A stretch of 64,000 bases of DNA from positions 63,794 through 127,793 of the forward strand of contig RHPI01003366.1 of the NCBI GenBank assembly GCA_009103225.1, given 5' to 3'. Positions 11,391-25,355 of the stretch are shown in pieces. The notes under the pieces are model-generated. The model was given only the letters and a program-made list of their open reading frames with translations. It ran no database searches and was not told the origin of the DNA. This DNA comes from Chlorokybus atmophyticus. Lineage: Eukaryota; Plantae; Mesostigma and Chlorokybus algae. Numbering within the stretch: position 1 is the stretch's first letter; every line of letters starts with the position of its first letter. Both the position numbers and the translations under genes were made by a program.

Positions 11391-14177
11391 TCATACCAGC
11401 TGCTTGACGCAGTCTCCCTCGCATGGTTCAGCCGGCCGATCCGCGCTCTCATGAAACAAAAACCTCTCCCTGACACCAGAATCTTCGCCAAGCCTGCGCG
11501 CGAGCTCTGCGAACACTCTTGGCGAGAGCGAGCTCGCGTTGTACTCTTTGGAGAAAGCATATGACGTTTTCCACTGAAGCTCGGACGGCGATGAGGCGTT
11601 GCGGTTTGAAGCTGCCAAGTCCAGCCTGCATGTGGCAAGCAAGGTTTGCATCTGCATGTGTGAGTGCTTGCGCACGCATACCTGCGTGCATGCAAGCGTG
11701 CACGCATGCAAACGCACGCACATGTACATGCGTGCTTGCGTGCGTGCATTGAGTACACTGTTGTGGACATATGCAGCAGTCGACAAGCGCTTACGTATAT
11801 TGCGTGTAGTTCAGCACCTCGCCAGTGTTCACGTCGTAATCAAACACGCGCGCGGATGGGTTTCTGCTCGTGTACGGCGTCACCGACCCCGTCATCAACG
11901 CCACACCCAAAGGCCCTACACAACCCACATTGTAAGTACTTCATGCACGCCTTCCATTCAACACTCGAATGAATGCACACGTACGTGTGAGCGTGGTACT
12001 GTCATAAAACAGGTGGAAGTGGTCTCTATGCGTGTGTCCGAAAGCTTGAAGCGCAATAATGGCATGAAACTCCTCCACAATGTTGGAATACCGCCTCGAG
12101 TATCGCACGTAAAACGTCCCGTCTCCGGGCGGGATGTGTCCGATAATCACCACACGTTCATTTGCAACCCTCGCAGAGGTCAACACTCTCTCCAACCACG
12201 CAAACTGCCCCGCGGGGTCGTGTTCGGCTTCGGAGCCATCCAGGACATACCAATTGAACAAGTCGTAAAAAAGGGTGTTGAGAGAGACTATACGCAAGCT
12301 CGGGTTATGCAATGCGGAGTAATAACCCCCCGCGAGCACTGTCTCTTTGCATTCGAGTGGCAACCAACGCGACCACGCTGACCATGCCGCCTCGTACAAC
12401 CAATCGGTCGCCGGCGCCTTAGGGAACTGAATAGCGAAACGTTGTTGCTAATGGTACTACGCATGTCCTACACACGTCGCTAGGTTGGCAATGTGTTTTG
12501 CTTGCCTGGTCTGCAGGCACGCCTTCGTGGTTGCCGAACGACGCATAAACCTTCTTCCCCGCGAAAGCAGCACCGAAGCGAGCCGAGAAGTCCTTCAGAT
12601 GCGCCACGCTGTCCTCTCGCGTGCCTATCGCACACACACAGTCACTGGCATCAAGTAAACAGGGCTTGCTTATCCACCCACACGCACACACGCACTGCAC
12701 ATACCCTTCCATATAATGTGGGGCACAAGGTCCCCCGTGAAGACGACAAAATCAACGCCAACATCCTCTCCTTCAGCTTTGCCAAATGTGCCCAACATGG
12801 AGTCCAATAATGGAGCGGGGGCATCGCATCGATAATCTCCCCATCTGAGGAGAGAGACAAAGGGCACAACAACGACGGCGTGTCACGCACATGTTGGGTG
12901 ATCGTGAAACACACTCACTACCTGCCTGCGGCTGCGGATGGAGAAGCGGGCACGCCATCCGTCGCGTGGCAGCAGAGTGGCAGTCCACACATTGCGTTGG
13001 CACCCGCTCGATACTCGAAATCCATGTGTATGTCGGTCACATGCAAAAACTTCCCAACATGACCACTTGCCCTCCTGTCAGTCAATGCCGTCCTTCTCTC
13101 TCGTCCGTGAGATGTTGTTGTTGTTGTTGTTGTTGTTGTTGCGTCCTTCTCGTCGGGTGGGAACCACGAGGGTTCGGGTTGTTGTCCACTCCCTCGCTCA
13201 AAGGCGCATCCCGAGGCGGTGGAGTTGTCGTCGGGGCAGAAGCCGAGCTTGGCGCACACGAAGTGAGAGTCCAACGCACGTTTGGACAGCAATGGAAGCA
13301 CGATGGGGCCGTACGCCTCAATAGCACCCTTGCACTGTGAGACAACAACTCAGTCTCACACCAGATTGGATGAAGAGAGACACTCTCATGCTCGTTCACG
13401 CACGCGCCAAGCTTTGCGTACCACTTGTGCTGGTGCCAGGCGGAGGTTTACGCATGTGGGTATGGCGACGTATTGGATGAAGATTGTCTGCGCCGCGGGT
13501 GAGGTGGGGGGCAGGTTGCGTGCGAGGGCGACGGCGTACTCGCACGCGCTGCACGACAGCGACGCACGCGCCAGCAAAGGACTCAAAGGCTGCCAGCCGG
13601 ACTCGTACTCGTGAAGCCCCTCCTGCATGCGTAGGGATGTTGGGATGTGTACCAATCCTTGCAGGCATGCCAGTTGTGGATTGAGATGTCACAATTCCTG
13701 TGAATGGTGCGCAAATGATGACCATGTGGTTGCCTTGGATGGCCAGTGATTGCGGTGCAGGTGTGAGTCGCACAACACGTATGTGTGGTGAGAGGTCAGA
13801 AGCAGTTGCACGCATGCGCATATGCAAGCAACCCAGCCGTCGACAACTGACCGCTGTGACCGTGCTTGCTCGTGCCTGCCTGTAGCAGCTGGGTTGTATG
13901 GTGACATGCATGCCGCAGCATACCATACCAGCAGCTTCATCAAACCGCTTCACACACGGTTTCAACCGCAAAGATGGATACGTACACGCAACCTGTGGTT
14001 TTTGATGCTGTTCTGCTCCCTTACCTGGCGCATGCCATCGCCATCATCACCACCAACGACCTCCTGCAGCAGCAGCTCCACCTGAGCGGATGCATGAGCG
14101 CTGGCGAGCGGCAGGAGGCGGAGGAGGAGGAGGAGGAGGAGGAGGGGGAAGACAAGAGCGAGGGATTGTGCGTGCAT
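11391..14177 (-). CDS. SMPD1: Acid sphingomyelinase-like metallophosphoesterase: signal peptide + saposin-B domain + calcineurin-like phosphoesterase
   Basis: Exons 14177-14025 (poly-Leu signal peptide), 13622-13422, 13334-12922, 12844-12705, ~12627-12506, 12426-11985, 11915-11795, ~11627-11397. Saposin Cys pattern CSAC..C..CKG..C..C. Motifs TDIH, CCH, WGDYRCD, TGDLVPH, GNHE, GHIPP, FGHTH, NPSARVFDYD. Final exon uncertain. Confidence 0.9.
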
Positions 14178-14381
14178 TGTGCAGGTAGAGTGGGGCAGGA
14201 TGGGGAAGGCTGCGACGAAGCCGCCGCCCCTTCAGCGACGACAATGACGACCGTGGTGCCAACACCAGGCCTCATGTGGGAAGCCAGATTTGGTTCGCAA
14301 CCCGATCGCTAACAGAAGCCCCATGACGCAGAAGCAAATTCCTCAGGGACCCCCCCCCCCCCCCCCTTGTCAAAACCCTGC

Positions 14382-14398
14382 NNNNNNNNNNNNNNNNN
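14382..14398. other. Assembly gap (N run) with duplicated flanks
   Basis: poly-C + TTGTCAAAACCCTGC occurs on both sides of the Ns. Confidence 0.9.
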
Positions 14399-16509
14399 CC
14401 CCCCCCCCTTTTGTCAAAACCCTGCCAACTATACAACAACAGTTGATTGTCACAAGATATACATACCGGTAGGGTGCACATGTCACCAAAGGTGAGCCAC
14501 CAAAAACCCAGCACAAACCGTAAGAAGCCCTCTTCTAGTTATAATCTCTTCAGACTTTTTGGCATAATATATCATCTACACAATTTGTGATTGTTTAATG
14601 TTTCTTCGTGATGATTTATGCATGTAAATGTATGCACCGTTACTGTTACACATAATGTTTTAATGCATATTCTAATTGCAAATGGTTTGCCCGCCTAAAA
14701 TAGGACAACCTTTTGCAAACACTTTCAATGCAATCGTATTTTAACATATTATCTTTACGCAGATATTCGTGTGTTGATCCTTTTGCATTCATATTGGTAG
14801 TCACATATTATGCGTGGCTTGATTGCTACATGGCTTGCTATCTACTTTGGAGTTTGCTCCATGCAACTTTTGTGTGTTATCATGCGCATGTGATAATGAC
14901 TGTTACGAATATATTAGCGCTTGCTACAAGCAAACAATGTTTTCACTCATGTAGCGTATGTAAATCTACTCAAACCAAATTTTGAGAAATGCCATGATAC
15001 GAAGCTTATCTCGTGCAGATATGCATGAGGCTTACATACATTGTAGGTACATACTTATACACGTGGATCCGTCATAAACGATTTGAGGAGTACCGAGTAC
15101 CTGATCAATTGTAGTACACGGGCCGATGACTTATCATCCCGTGTAAAGCAATGAGTGCCCATTAGTTAATGTAAGAGCAACCGTCTTATTATTGATGATG
15201 TGATGTGTATGTCTACTTGAATTTCGGGCCCCTTTGGTATGACCTATTGCAACCGAACCTAAGAACTTGGTTACAACTTATATAAATATGTAACCCCCAA
15301 GTTGCCATCTAACAAACACTATGACAATATTATATTTACTCAGTTCTAGCAAATGCATTGATTCATATGCCAAACATGAGTCACGTGTCTTGTAGCGTAT
15401 GAATTGAGGACCCCATACTTGCAGTCACGCATAGAAAGGACAAAACATTGATGTTTGGGTCAAGTCCTTATGCGGTTATTGAAGCCTGTTACGCCATTCG
15501 CATATGAAGGGATGTAAGATTGCAGACCTTTGTAAGATGATGTCACGATTTGTTCTAAGCGTAAAGACTGAATCTTTGTACATCTTGAGAAATTAACTTA
15601 ACAATGCGCGGTTTGTTGAGCGCCACGTCTTGTTGTGAAGCCTTCACGTTTGCGTAAGCGATTTCTAAATTGTTGAGTTATGTATCGCATATCTGCATTC
15701 GGTAACGCACTTTCATGGCTGGTCAACACGCACGAGCACACACTTGGCCGCAGCATCAGTCTGTGAACAATAAGCGCAAGCAATCTGATAGTAACTCTCA
15801 TGGTCGCAGTATTGCTGTTGGAGCGTTGTCAGAGCCTAGCATAACTTGTAACCATATGCGCATTTGTGCAGCATGGTTTGCAAGTTGAAACATATATGTG
15901 CGACACGGCACTCGCATGCACATGCATGGTTCACTGTCACATGCACATGAATAGGGCAACTGCAGTGCATCTCAGACACGCACAGCATAGCATACACCTC
16001 TACCTCTGCCATTGCTGCTCGCCTAGATGTCAAGCGCGCACGCCCACTGGACAATACCCCGATGTGCACTCAGGCAAACACACCGCATTGACAACCATAA
16101 ACGTGCAGCACGCATGTGCACATCACACTTCTGCGCGCGCCCCATATTGCACTTTGCTACCGCTTCTTGCTGAGTCGTCTAATGCACACGCCGTTTAGGC
16201 AAGACCTATGCATACGCAAGCTTGTGCATGCAAACTTCCTGCAGATGGATCAGCTTCAGCTTCACACATCATAGCCGCGCATCACTCGCAGGTTGCAATA
16301 AACCGCCCAATGCTGTCACAGCATGACGTGATGATAGTCATAACTCACCCACAATAGATGGCATGATCCTCACACACCAAGCGCACTGTATCAAACAAAC
16401 TCTCACCTGGTTTGCAAGCAGATGCGGGGATGAAAGCGATGTTGCCTCTGTACAAGTAGGGCAATACCAGCACGGCATGGCAGACATCCAGTCAAGCGCA
16501 AAAGCCTCA

Positions 16510-19500
16510 CTAACTCTGCTGCTGGCTTGCCGTCCTGCCAAGCAATGCGTTTATCAGATTTGTTCAGCACGGGTGAGCGTGTGACTAGATGCACATACGC
16601 ATGCACGCGGGCGTTCTTGCGCGTGCGTGCATGGCTGTGTTATCCCCACCATTGCTTACCACACTTGTCGGCAGCGCACGGCCTCCCTCCTCACCCCGCG
16701 CTTCCGGTCATCCAACGCCCTACCCAACCCTCTCAACACCTGCACACCACAACACATGAAGGAGCACAGTCACCACACGCACGCACGCACGCACGGCTAG
16801 GCACCCACTCCCACACGCACACCTGCCCGCGATACGGGTACGTCCCCGCGTGTCCGATGGCTCCCGCGGCCGCGCACAGGCACTGCATCGCCGTCTCTCT
16901 CACCCTCGCGGACGCCTCGAACCTCGCCGCCGCCAGCAGCCTGTCCACGACCGACGCCGCGTGCTGGACCAACAGAGAATGGCTGCCGTTATCGGTGAGG
17001 AAGACAGAAAGGAGAAGGAGCGCGTTGTGGAGAGCCTCCGCCGTTGCGGACGTAAGCGACGACGATGCTTGAGATGAGACGGGAGTGGACAGCACCCGCA
17101 ACGCATCCAGCAGAGGGCCCAACAACTGAGACAAGGGGATGCATGTTGCCGTCAGACAGTCTGTACAACGCGCACGCGCACGCAACAAGAACAAACCTGT
17201 TGTGCGTGTTGCTTCAGCACTCCCGGCGGGGTCTCTTTCCCCATCCCAACCAAAGCCGCATACACGGGCCCCTTTCTCTCCTCATCGGCCTCGCGCGCAC
17301 GTGCCAATACAGTCCCGATCATCGTGGAGAAGAACCTTTGCTGATAGAGTGGTTTTACGATAGCGTGGGACTCTCTACTCAACGCGTCGGATGAGGAGGA
17401 AGAGGGAGACACGATGAAGGCAAAGGCGCGCGCGGCTTCGTATGAAAGTGTGGGGTTGAGAGAGGAGGAGGTTGTGACGACATCGAGGAGACGGGTGGCG
17501 ATTTTGGTCGTGCGGGGGTGAGCGCGCAGGGCGAGGGATCTCGATATCCATGCGAGGGTGGTGATGCTCTTGCTCGAGTGCGTGTTGGTGGCGGCGATAT
17601 CGGCGAGGGCGCGGCTAATATATGTGTCGATGATCTCGCTGTCCCCGCATTTGTTAACTATCGATGCAATGGCGTGGGTTGCAGCATTAACGGGAGCGGT
17701 ATCGCTCTCGTCATCACTGCCGCGAGGCAGGGTGATGAAAGCGGTGTATCGATCGACCAGCTGCGATACCAATGGCACCGTCGTGGATATCTCTGGCCGC
17801 AAAGCCACCACCGCCGCAGACGACATTGATACCACAACGTCCTCGGAGACCTTCGATGACAAAGTCAGTCACACAAGAAGACCAAAAAGATACGATGCAA
17901 TGCGCTATCCCGCGATCACACCTGTGTTTGTTGGAGTAGGTCACACAGGCCTTGCTTGACAACAGCCCGTTGCGAGTCGGGGCCGAGCCGCTGCACACAA
18001 GCGCGCACGGCCTCGCCTGCCGCTCCCACCCATCGCGAGGACAACGTCGATGATGACGATGCTGATTGTGGTGAAAGCAGAAGACGCAGCGCCAGTTGGC
18101 GCAACGGCTGGTCTTCGGCCTGACCGCACCTGTAATGATGATACCAATCAGCCTTGCAACGAACGTATGCACCTGACGTGTAGCCACATGCTCACGCCGG
18201 TATGATCTTCTGCGCGAGAGACGCCAATACTGCCTCAGCCCGTTCACCATCTTCCACAGACACCTGATGACGAAGTTGAATGAGAGAGAGAGTCAACAAC
18301 GGGTCCAGCACGCGTATGCACATACACACAATGAGCCTCCTCCACCTTGTCTGTAAGCGCCGCCAGCACGCGGCGTCTCATTCCCTCCGGCCCGCGCGCG
18401 GCCACGTCCGCTACGATCGCAAGCGCATCGTCGCGGTGATGGGAAGTATTATCGTTGATCCTCGCTAGCGCTGGCACGCAGCAGAGGTCCCACACCGCGC
18501 TGCTACCGTCCTCCCCAACACCTTGACACAAAAGCGGGACACGTAGGTGTGCTGCTCCACATGTGGTTGGGGAGCACAATGACGATATCGGTTCAAAAGG
18601 GATACCATCGACGCAGGCAAAGAACTCTTTTACTTGCGCATGCGACGAGGGCGTCGAGGGCGGCAGTGCGCTTGTTGTTGTTGTCGTCATGGTTGGTTGA
18701 GGATGATGTTGACGATGTTGATGATGGCAGCAATAGTGCTGCGAGGGCAGAGACGGCGCGTGTGCGGGCGGCGTGCGGCATGGCGGGTGAAGCGAGCGAG
18801 ACAGCCGCGAGCAGACGTGCTGCAGATACTGTGATATCTTCATCCGCAACATCCGCCAGCCTATTGCATGCACACTCTGCTACCTGCGCCATCAGCGCGT
18901 CGAAGCTCGTGTCATCGATGTCATCGCCGCCGTTGTCCACATGCATGCGGTCTCTGCCGCTCGCCGCGTGTGACTGCTTCATGGCCGACAACAGCGACGC
19001 CAGCAGTGTCATCGCTGTGCACATACACACACACATGAGCACACAGTCATGTGGTCAAAGTGAGAAGTCACACACCTGCTGCTTCATGCTTGGTTGTAAC
19101 AGCATCCAACACCTTCGGCGCCACAGCCCCAACAATCCACCTTCCACTTCCTTCACTCCCTTTCGCCGCCGCCATAAGCATAATCTCCCCCCCTCGCCTC
19201 ACATATACACCCACATCACTCCCAAGTCCATTAATCACATCCCTCAGACGCAGCGCCCTGGCCGCGGCGTCGATATCGTCCCCGGCCGCCGCCACCATCG
19301 CCGTCACGCATGCCGCCGCGGCGGGTATATCGGAGTCGGGGGAGGAGGCGAGCTCGAGACTCAGCGCGTCGGCGATATCGGAGGCGTAGCGAGCGATGTC
19401 GGGGTGGAAGGGACAGCGTGTGAGCAGCGTGCGGAGCACATGGAGTGCGCTGGCCTGGCGGGTGTGATGGTGGTGAGAGTGTGACACACGTAAACACACG

Positions 19501-21402
19501 ATAGGTGAGAGGGGCTTGCTTTGCTTGCAGCTTCATCATGGCGTACCTACCTTTGCGGAGGTGAGCGTGGATGAGAGCTTCTCCAGCACCATCGGTATGA
19601 CGTGGGGAGCGAACACGCGCGAAGCCGTCATCGCATCCTGTGCACAAGGTGCTTCTATTCAAATGATAATCACAGTGTGATGTCATGGTATGAGGGGTTG
19701 CTGGTTACTACAATGTTGCCTCCCTTCTCAGGTGCACTCACTGTCAAAGCGTCCTCGAGCATGTCTTTGGTCACGCCGTACGGGTCACCGGGAGGCTGCA
19801 TTGACGAGAGACACACCACACATAATCACTCACACCACAACAGCCACATATGCGCACGAGTAACACGCGTGTGTGCGAGGGAATGCCGCATCCTCACAGG
19901 TGTGAACGTGATTGGGAAGTAGCACGCGAGCACGTCCGCCACCTCCTCCGCGGCCTCCATAAGAATGTGGTTGTTGCCATCGCCCCCGAGTGCAGTCGGC
20001 AGCAGAGATATCAGCGAGAAGGCCACCAGCAAGCAGCGCGGGTCCTTCTCGCCGTCCACCGCCGCCAACACGCCCTCCACCAACAACGAACCCTGCGTGT
20101 TGACACACATGTATGTGTACACGTGCGCGAACACGCTCACGTGTAATGAGCCTATCTGTTACTGTGAGTGACAGATGTACTCACCATTGTGGAAAGCGCG
20201 GTGGGAAAGGATTGCAGCAACGTGTGCATGATCTCGAGGCCAAGCTGTGAGCGAACAAACCAACATGTGAGTGGTATGCGTGAGAGCGCTGAGAGTGCCA
20301 ACACCTTGCATGCAACAAACCACCTTGCGGTCTCTGAGTGGGAGGCTTTGGATGTGGCACTCGGCAAAGATGCGCTCCGCTATGCCCTTTGCCACCGCGT
20401 CCAATGCCGTTGATGATAAAGGCGAGGATGAGGGTGGAGATGTTGATAGAGACGCCAGTTGCCGTGTGCACGCGTGCGTCCCTGCCAGCGCGCTCGATAG
20501 CGACGGGTAATCCGCCTGCACGTGCTCATGTATGTGCACGTGTACCAGTGCGTGCGTGTGCGTGTCAGCCACCAGAGTGTGCACACGCATGCGCGTGCAT
20601 GCATGTGTGCGCATCTGCCTGTGCTCTTGCTTGATGCTGCTGCAATCGATACCAGTCTGCTGGTGAAGAACTGCGTGATGGCTGCGAGCTGCGGCAGCGT
20701 GTTGTGGGAGAGTTGGTTGAAAGGGGCTCCCGACTCCACGCAGCGGGCCAGCAGCAGGACACCTGGTGGAAAAGATAGACAGGCAGTTGGTTCCAATGCT
20801 GCGAAGAGGTGATATGTAGCCCTCTGTTCTGTGTGACTTACCTCGCGAGCGGATTGCGGGGATGTCCGATGCCAGCACCTCGTCCATGGACAGCACCTGC
20901 GATGTTTGGGGTGGTGACAATGCGTCACATGTACACACGCAGCGTGTGCGTAGGCGGGTTGGGCGTGCGGTTACATGTTCATCACATGCGCGTGTGTGCG
21001 TGTGCTTGGTGCAAACAGCATGCATGCATGCATGCATGCATGCAATCAACATTCAGTGCCGTCGTGTACCAGTTGTTGAAGACTGAGTCCAGATAAAGCA
21101 CTGCTGCTGCTGCTGCTGGTAATCCCCTCAACCAGCTGAGCCAGACTCCGCTCCTGAGAGAAGAAAACAGGGAGACGCAACGCAAACAATCAGATGCGGT
21201 GTGACATGCCATGCAGAAATGCACGCAAAACTGCCAACATTGTGTGCAAGTCTCGTGCGATATGCCATGCCTTCAAGTCGCCCTGAATCTCGTCGCACAA
21301 CCTCTGTATCTGTACCTGGGCGTCGGCGTCCGCGTCTGGGTCGCAGAAGACGTCCACAAGGCGCTTCACCTGCGTGTCTGCGTCGGCATCCTCCGCCGCC
21401 AT
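16510..21402 (-). CDS. MMS19: MMS19/MET18 cytosolic Fe-S assembly targeting HEAT-repeat protein, multi-exon
   Basis: Start MAAEDADADTQVKRLV (ATG 21402). N-domain VLAAVDGEKDPRCLLVAF and VLACYFPITFTP. C-terminal HEAT repeats VRETAMQCL..YPYRGQV, then exon ~16739-16660 VLRGLGRALDDRKRGVRREAVRCRQVW; probable last micro-exon 16534-16510. Internal boundaries only partly resolved. Confidence 0.9.
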
Positions 21403-22387
21403 CGCCACCGCCGCCGCCGCCGCCGCCAAGGCAATGCCCAGCTAGTTGCAGGGGAATCGACATAACGATACATGCTACAGGAATCGGGTGCCGTTCTTGT
21501 GTGACAGCAACATGAGTGTGGTCTGTGATCTGGAAAACCGATGCAGAGCCTTTTTTGGTTGAATGGCAATCTGTGCACAAGTTGACACAGTGAGCTGGAG
21601 GTAGGTGGACATATAAGCAGAAAGATGAGACTGCAAGTAAACAACAGGCACACGCGCATTGCTACATTCGTATCTGCGTGCTTGAGATAGGTGCATTATT
21701 GGTCACTGATGCGTGGAAGTGTTTAAGGCTTTAATGATAGTCCGTGTCACAGCACTAGTTGCATGATATTGACGGATGCAATCACAGCATGCATTCACCT
21801 ATACCCCATGCATTGTAGCTTGCAAGCCACTCTTGTGATAGTGCTCATATTGCCCATGCTATGTCTACACGCAATCTCTTGGAAGGCAGTCCCTACAATG
21901 TGTGTATCACACGAGCGTGTGTCAGTGCCAAAAAGATGCAGGCTTGAATCAACAACCACTGGGCACACAACTCTAGGGTGGCTCTCTGGGTAAGGAATTG
22001 GTGCATTCAACCTTCAGAGCAACCATGTTGGATCAGAATGTCAGTGTTGACATTGCACCGACCAATGGACAAATGCCACTTGTCGCAAGTCGTAAGCAAC
22101 ACAACTGAAGAAAATAAAGTCCAACCTTGTCTCTTCAGCTCACACCCGCGCAATCAACCAAATATGGAGAACTGAAGATGGACAACTCCAAAACTATTAG
22201 GCACTACATCTGTGACTATTATTACTACAGAAGCGTGACCACTTATTACTGCCAAGTAGTGCTTCAGGCAGTGCAGGCGGGTTTGCCAGCCACCTGGCCA
22301 GCACCAGCGCAGGTGCATTGTGATTGATGTAAGCGCACAGCGACTCTCTTCCAAAATGCTCCCTCCCTGTGTGCGTGTTTCACCTGC

Positions 22388-23661
22388 CTATTTCTTGGAG
22401 AAACCCAACCCGTTCTCTTCGGCAAACCTGTTCATGAAGCGCATGAACCTACATCACAAGCGAGCAACAAGATGTAAGCATTTGCCAGCAACATCATGAA
22501 GGCGAATTTGAGCACAGAAGCTATTGCAAGAGACCTGTCCCATTCGCGGGTATTGCGGAGGGCGAGGCGTGCTTCAATGCGTGTGGGCTTGCCATTGACG
22601 AACTTGGCTGAGACGTCCACTGTGGACAACTCCCCCTCCTCGTCGATGATGTACATGCCCGTGATATCTCCCAGCTCGCCTGCTGCCTCAAACACCGCCG
22701 GTTGCTGTGCGCAAGACAACACATTTCGTCATATTTGGCACACAACAATGGTGGGCATTCAATTCTCCGTTCTTTCTCAAGTGCACACAGTGCTAATGTC
22801 TTTTCACAAATTACTGCTGTTGGTGCAGCCGACGACAGGGAGCACGTGCTTCTCAGCAGGTGTGCAATGCAATCGTGACACGCATCTCGCGCACAAGTAC
22901 TATTCACAATGTGTTGGTTGCTCACTACAATGCAATGCGACTGACAATTGCCGCCAGCAGCAGCAGCCATTGCGTGCACGCACGCACTCACGTCAAAGAG
23001 GAAGATGGCTGAGCCGTTGCTGCCATCCCTTGAGCGGGTAAGGCGCACGTCCGGTATGCACGGCTCATCAATACCACGGATGAACTGGATGGTTGTCGAA
23101 GGAGACGATGAGGTGGAAGAAGAAGACGACTGTGCCGCCTGCTGCTGCTCCGCCACCGCCCTCGTCAACGCCCTGCTGCTGCTCCGCCTCTGCGACTGCT
23201 GAGACCGCTTCAAAGCCGCCGCATTGCTCCCGCTGTCCCGCACGCCTGCCAGCCTCAACCTGCTCGCAGCCAAGAACCGAACAATGACACAGACACAGAG
23301 TTTTGGCTCTCTCCTTTCACTCCTCCAACGAATATTTGCTTTGGTTGTGCGACCGCAACCAACACTGCTTTGCTGCTTTGGCTGCTCCGGTCTTAGCACA
23401 ATGCGCTCACCTGGCGGAGGAGGCGGCGACCAGTGACTGCTGCTGTGCGCTGCGGCGAGTGCTGCTCTGCGCTGCAATTGCTGTCTGGGGTGCCTACGGA
23501 CAGGAGGTCAGTCGAGTCAGTGCTGGGGTCAGCAAGCGGGTGAGAGAGGGGGAATGCGCAGCAGCTGCCAGCTGGGTACGCGCACAGGAGCACGCGCTGC
23601 GGCCACTCACCGCCAAGGCCACACTGCTCAAAGACGCGACGATGGCCGTGGACGCCGCCAT
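22388..23661 (-). CDS. psb28: Photosystem II assembly factor Psb28 with chloroplast transit peptide
   Basis: [33 protein letters not shown] | [48 protein letters not shown] | [20 protein letters not shown] (TAG at 22390-22388). Transit peptide starts [17 protein letters not shown] (23661-23611) and appears split over short exons. Confidence 0.93.
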
Positions 23662-25355
23662 TGTGCTGCGCTACTCGCTGACGTCGTCGTCGCCGCCGCC
23701 GTCCACACCACCACCACTGCCACAAGCACGACCCCAGGCAGCCACGTCGCGGGTGAGGGGCTGAGAGACTGACTGCAAAGTGTGTGGCTGCCTGACAAGA
23801 TCGATTTGATCTACTCAAACGCCCCGGCGGCTGTGGAGATAGCCCCTAAATGCCCTACCACACCGTGCCTCATGAGTCATGAGCCATGACGTGTGGCTTA
23901 TGAGACGGACTCCAACCAGTTGACTCGGTGAGGGTCTAAATTTGATTGTGCATGTTTTCTTGCGTGGAAGGACTTGGAAGTTGATCAACTTCGTAGAGTT
24001 ATTGGATGTTGTTAGCGCGGTTTTATCACATATTCATAAAATTTATTACACATCCCACATAAGTTGAGGTTCATTGTAACCATTTGTGACGTCGCAATGG
24101 GCAACCTATTATGGCTAAAAACCCACCTTGTATTGTTGACATTATCAACAAGTCCAAAGTTTGGTGTACGCTTGATTGATAGCACATATCACAAGGTGTA
24201 ATCATTATCGTTGTCAATGATTGTGAAGGATTAAACATGGTTTCGATGTGCATAACCAATGTTTTAAGCTTTTCAACAACAACACATTGGTGCAACATGG
24301 CTAAGACCTTTTGCACGAAAACGTGGTTTTTATAACATGCCCATAAGTCACATTCATTCGAGTGGCTATATTTGTTAGCTAACTGATCAACATTCATGTG
24401 TACGTATCAACCAGCATACATCTAAAATGGAATTTAAATGCATGATGAGTTGCAACCAACAATACTTGCATGTTGTAAAAGCATGCAAGTACTGCATCAC
24501 AAGTAGCAAATGGCAATTACTACCACTTGTAGTCAGCGACTTTCTACGTGATCACGATGAGGTAATGCACCATCACTTGCCATTTGATGTGAAGAGTGTT
24601 CAACACTCTTCAATTGCATTGTATCAAGTAAAGGAGGTACGTGCCAGCAGGAGTTTGCAGTGCAAAACTCCTTGCAAAGCGCACAAGTATGCCGGGCCAC
24701 TTGCAGCACCACACTCCCCCCACCCCTTGCATGCCCGGCCTTGCTACTGCCTCTGTGTTCGCTTCGGCCCATGTGCTTTAAGTTCAAGGTCTAGTGCTGC
24801 TGCTCATGCTTACCACCTCCGTCCCGCTTCTCTGCAGCACATTGGCGCAGCACTGCCCCTTGCCCTGCCTTCACCAGAGTCCGTTGTGGTTGCGACGATG
24901 TGTTGCAGTTGACGTTCGGCGCCACACAGCATCGTTCCGCCCATGCAGCAGTGGCGGAAAGCACGGAGTGTGCGTTGTGCATCGCTGCTTGAGGCATGCA
25001 TGACGAGGGGCAGGCAATCGGGCAGCGTGAGGAGATGTGGATCTCTTCGTGCAGCAACCGCGCAGGCAGGCAGGCTGGTGGCGCGAGCAACGCCGCCGCC
25101 GCCGCCACTTGCACGTGACCAGTGCTGCCGCAGGAGTACGTTGCTCAGTTACGGCGTCCCGCCCCGTGACGCTGGCGAGCTGAAGCGTGACCCTCCAATG
25201 GCAACTCGCAGCGCAGATCGCGCCACGTCACCGCTATGGACCCGGACGGAGCGTGACTGCAGCGCAACGCTGCGTTACGCCAGCCAGGCACGCTGGGGCG
25301 GGGAGAGATGCACGCTCTGCCACGCACCGTGCTGCCGAGAGCGACCACGGGGACC

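Noticed and set aside
14345-14425. Direct repeat poly-C-TTGTCAAAACCCTGC
   Set aside because: The copies flank an N gap, so this is most simply a scaffolding overlap rather than a real tandem repeat.
22521-23477. 318-aa ORF as one protein
   Set aside because: It reads through introns; only part is Psb28 coding sequence.
24071-24397. 108-aa ORF in an AT-rich block as gag or transposase
   Set aside because: No recognisable motif and no LTR, PBS or TIR nearby.
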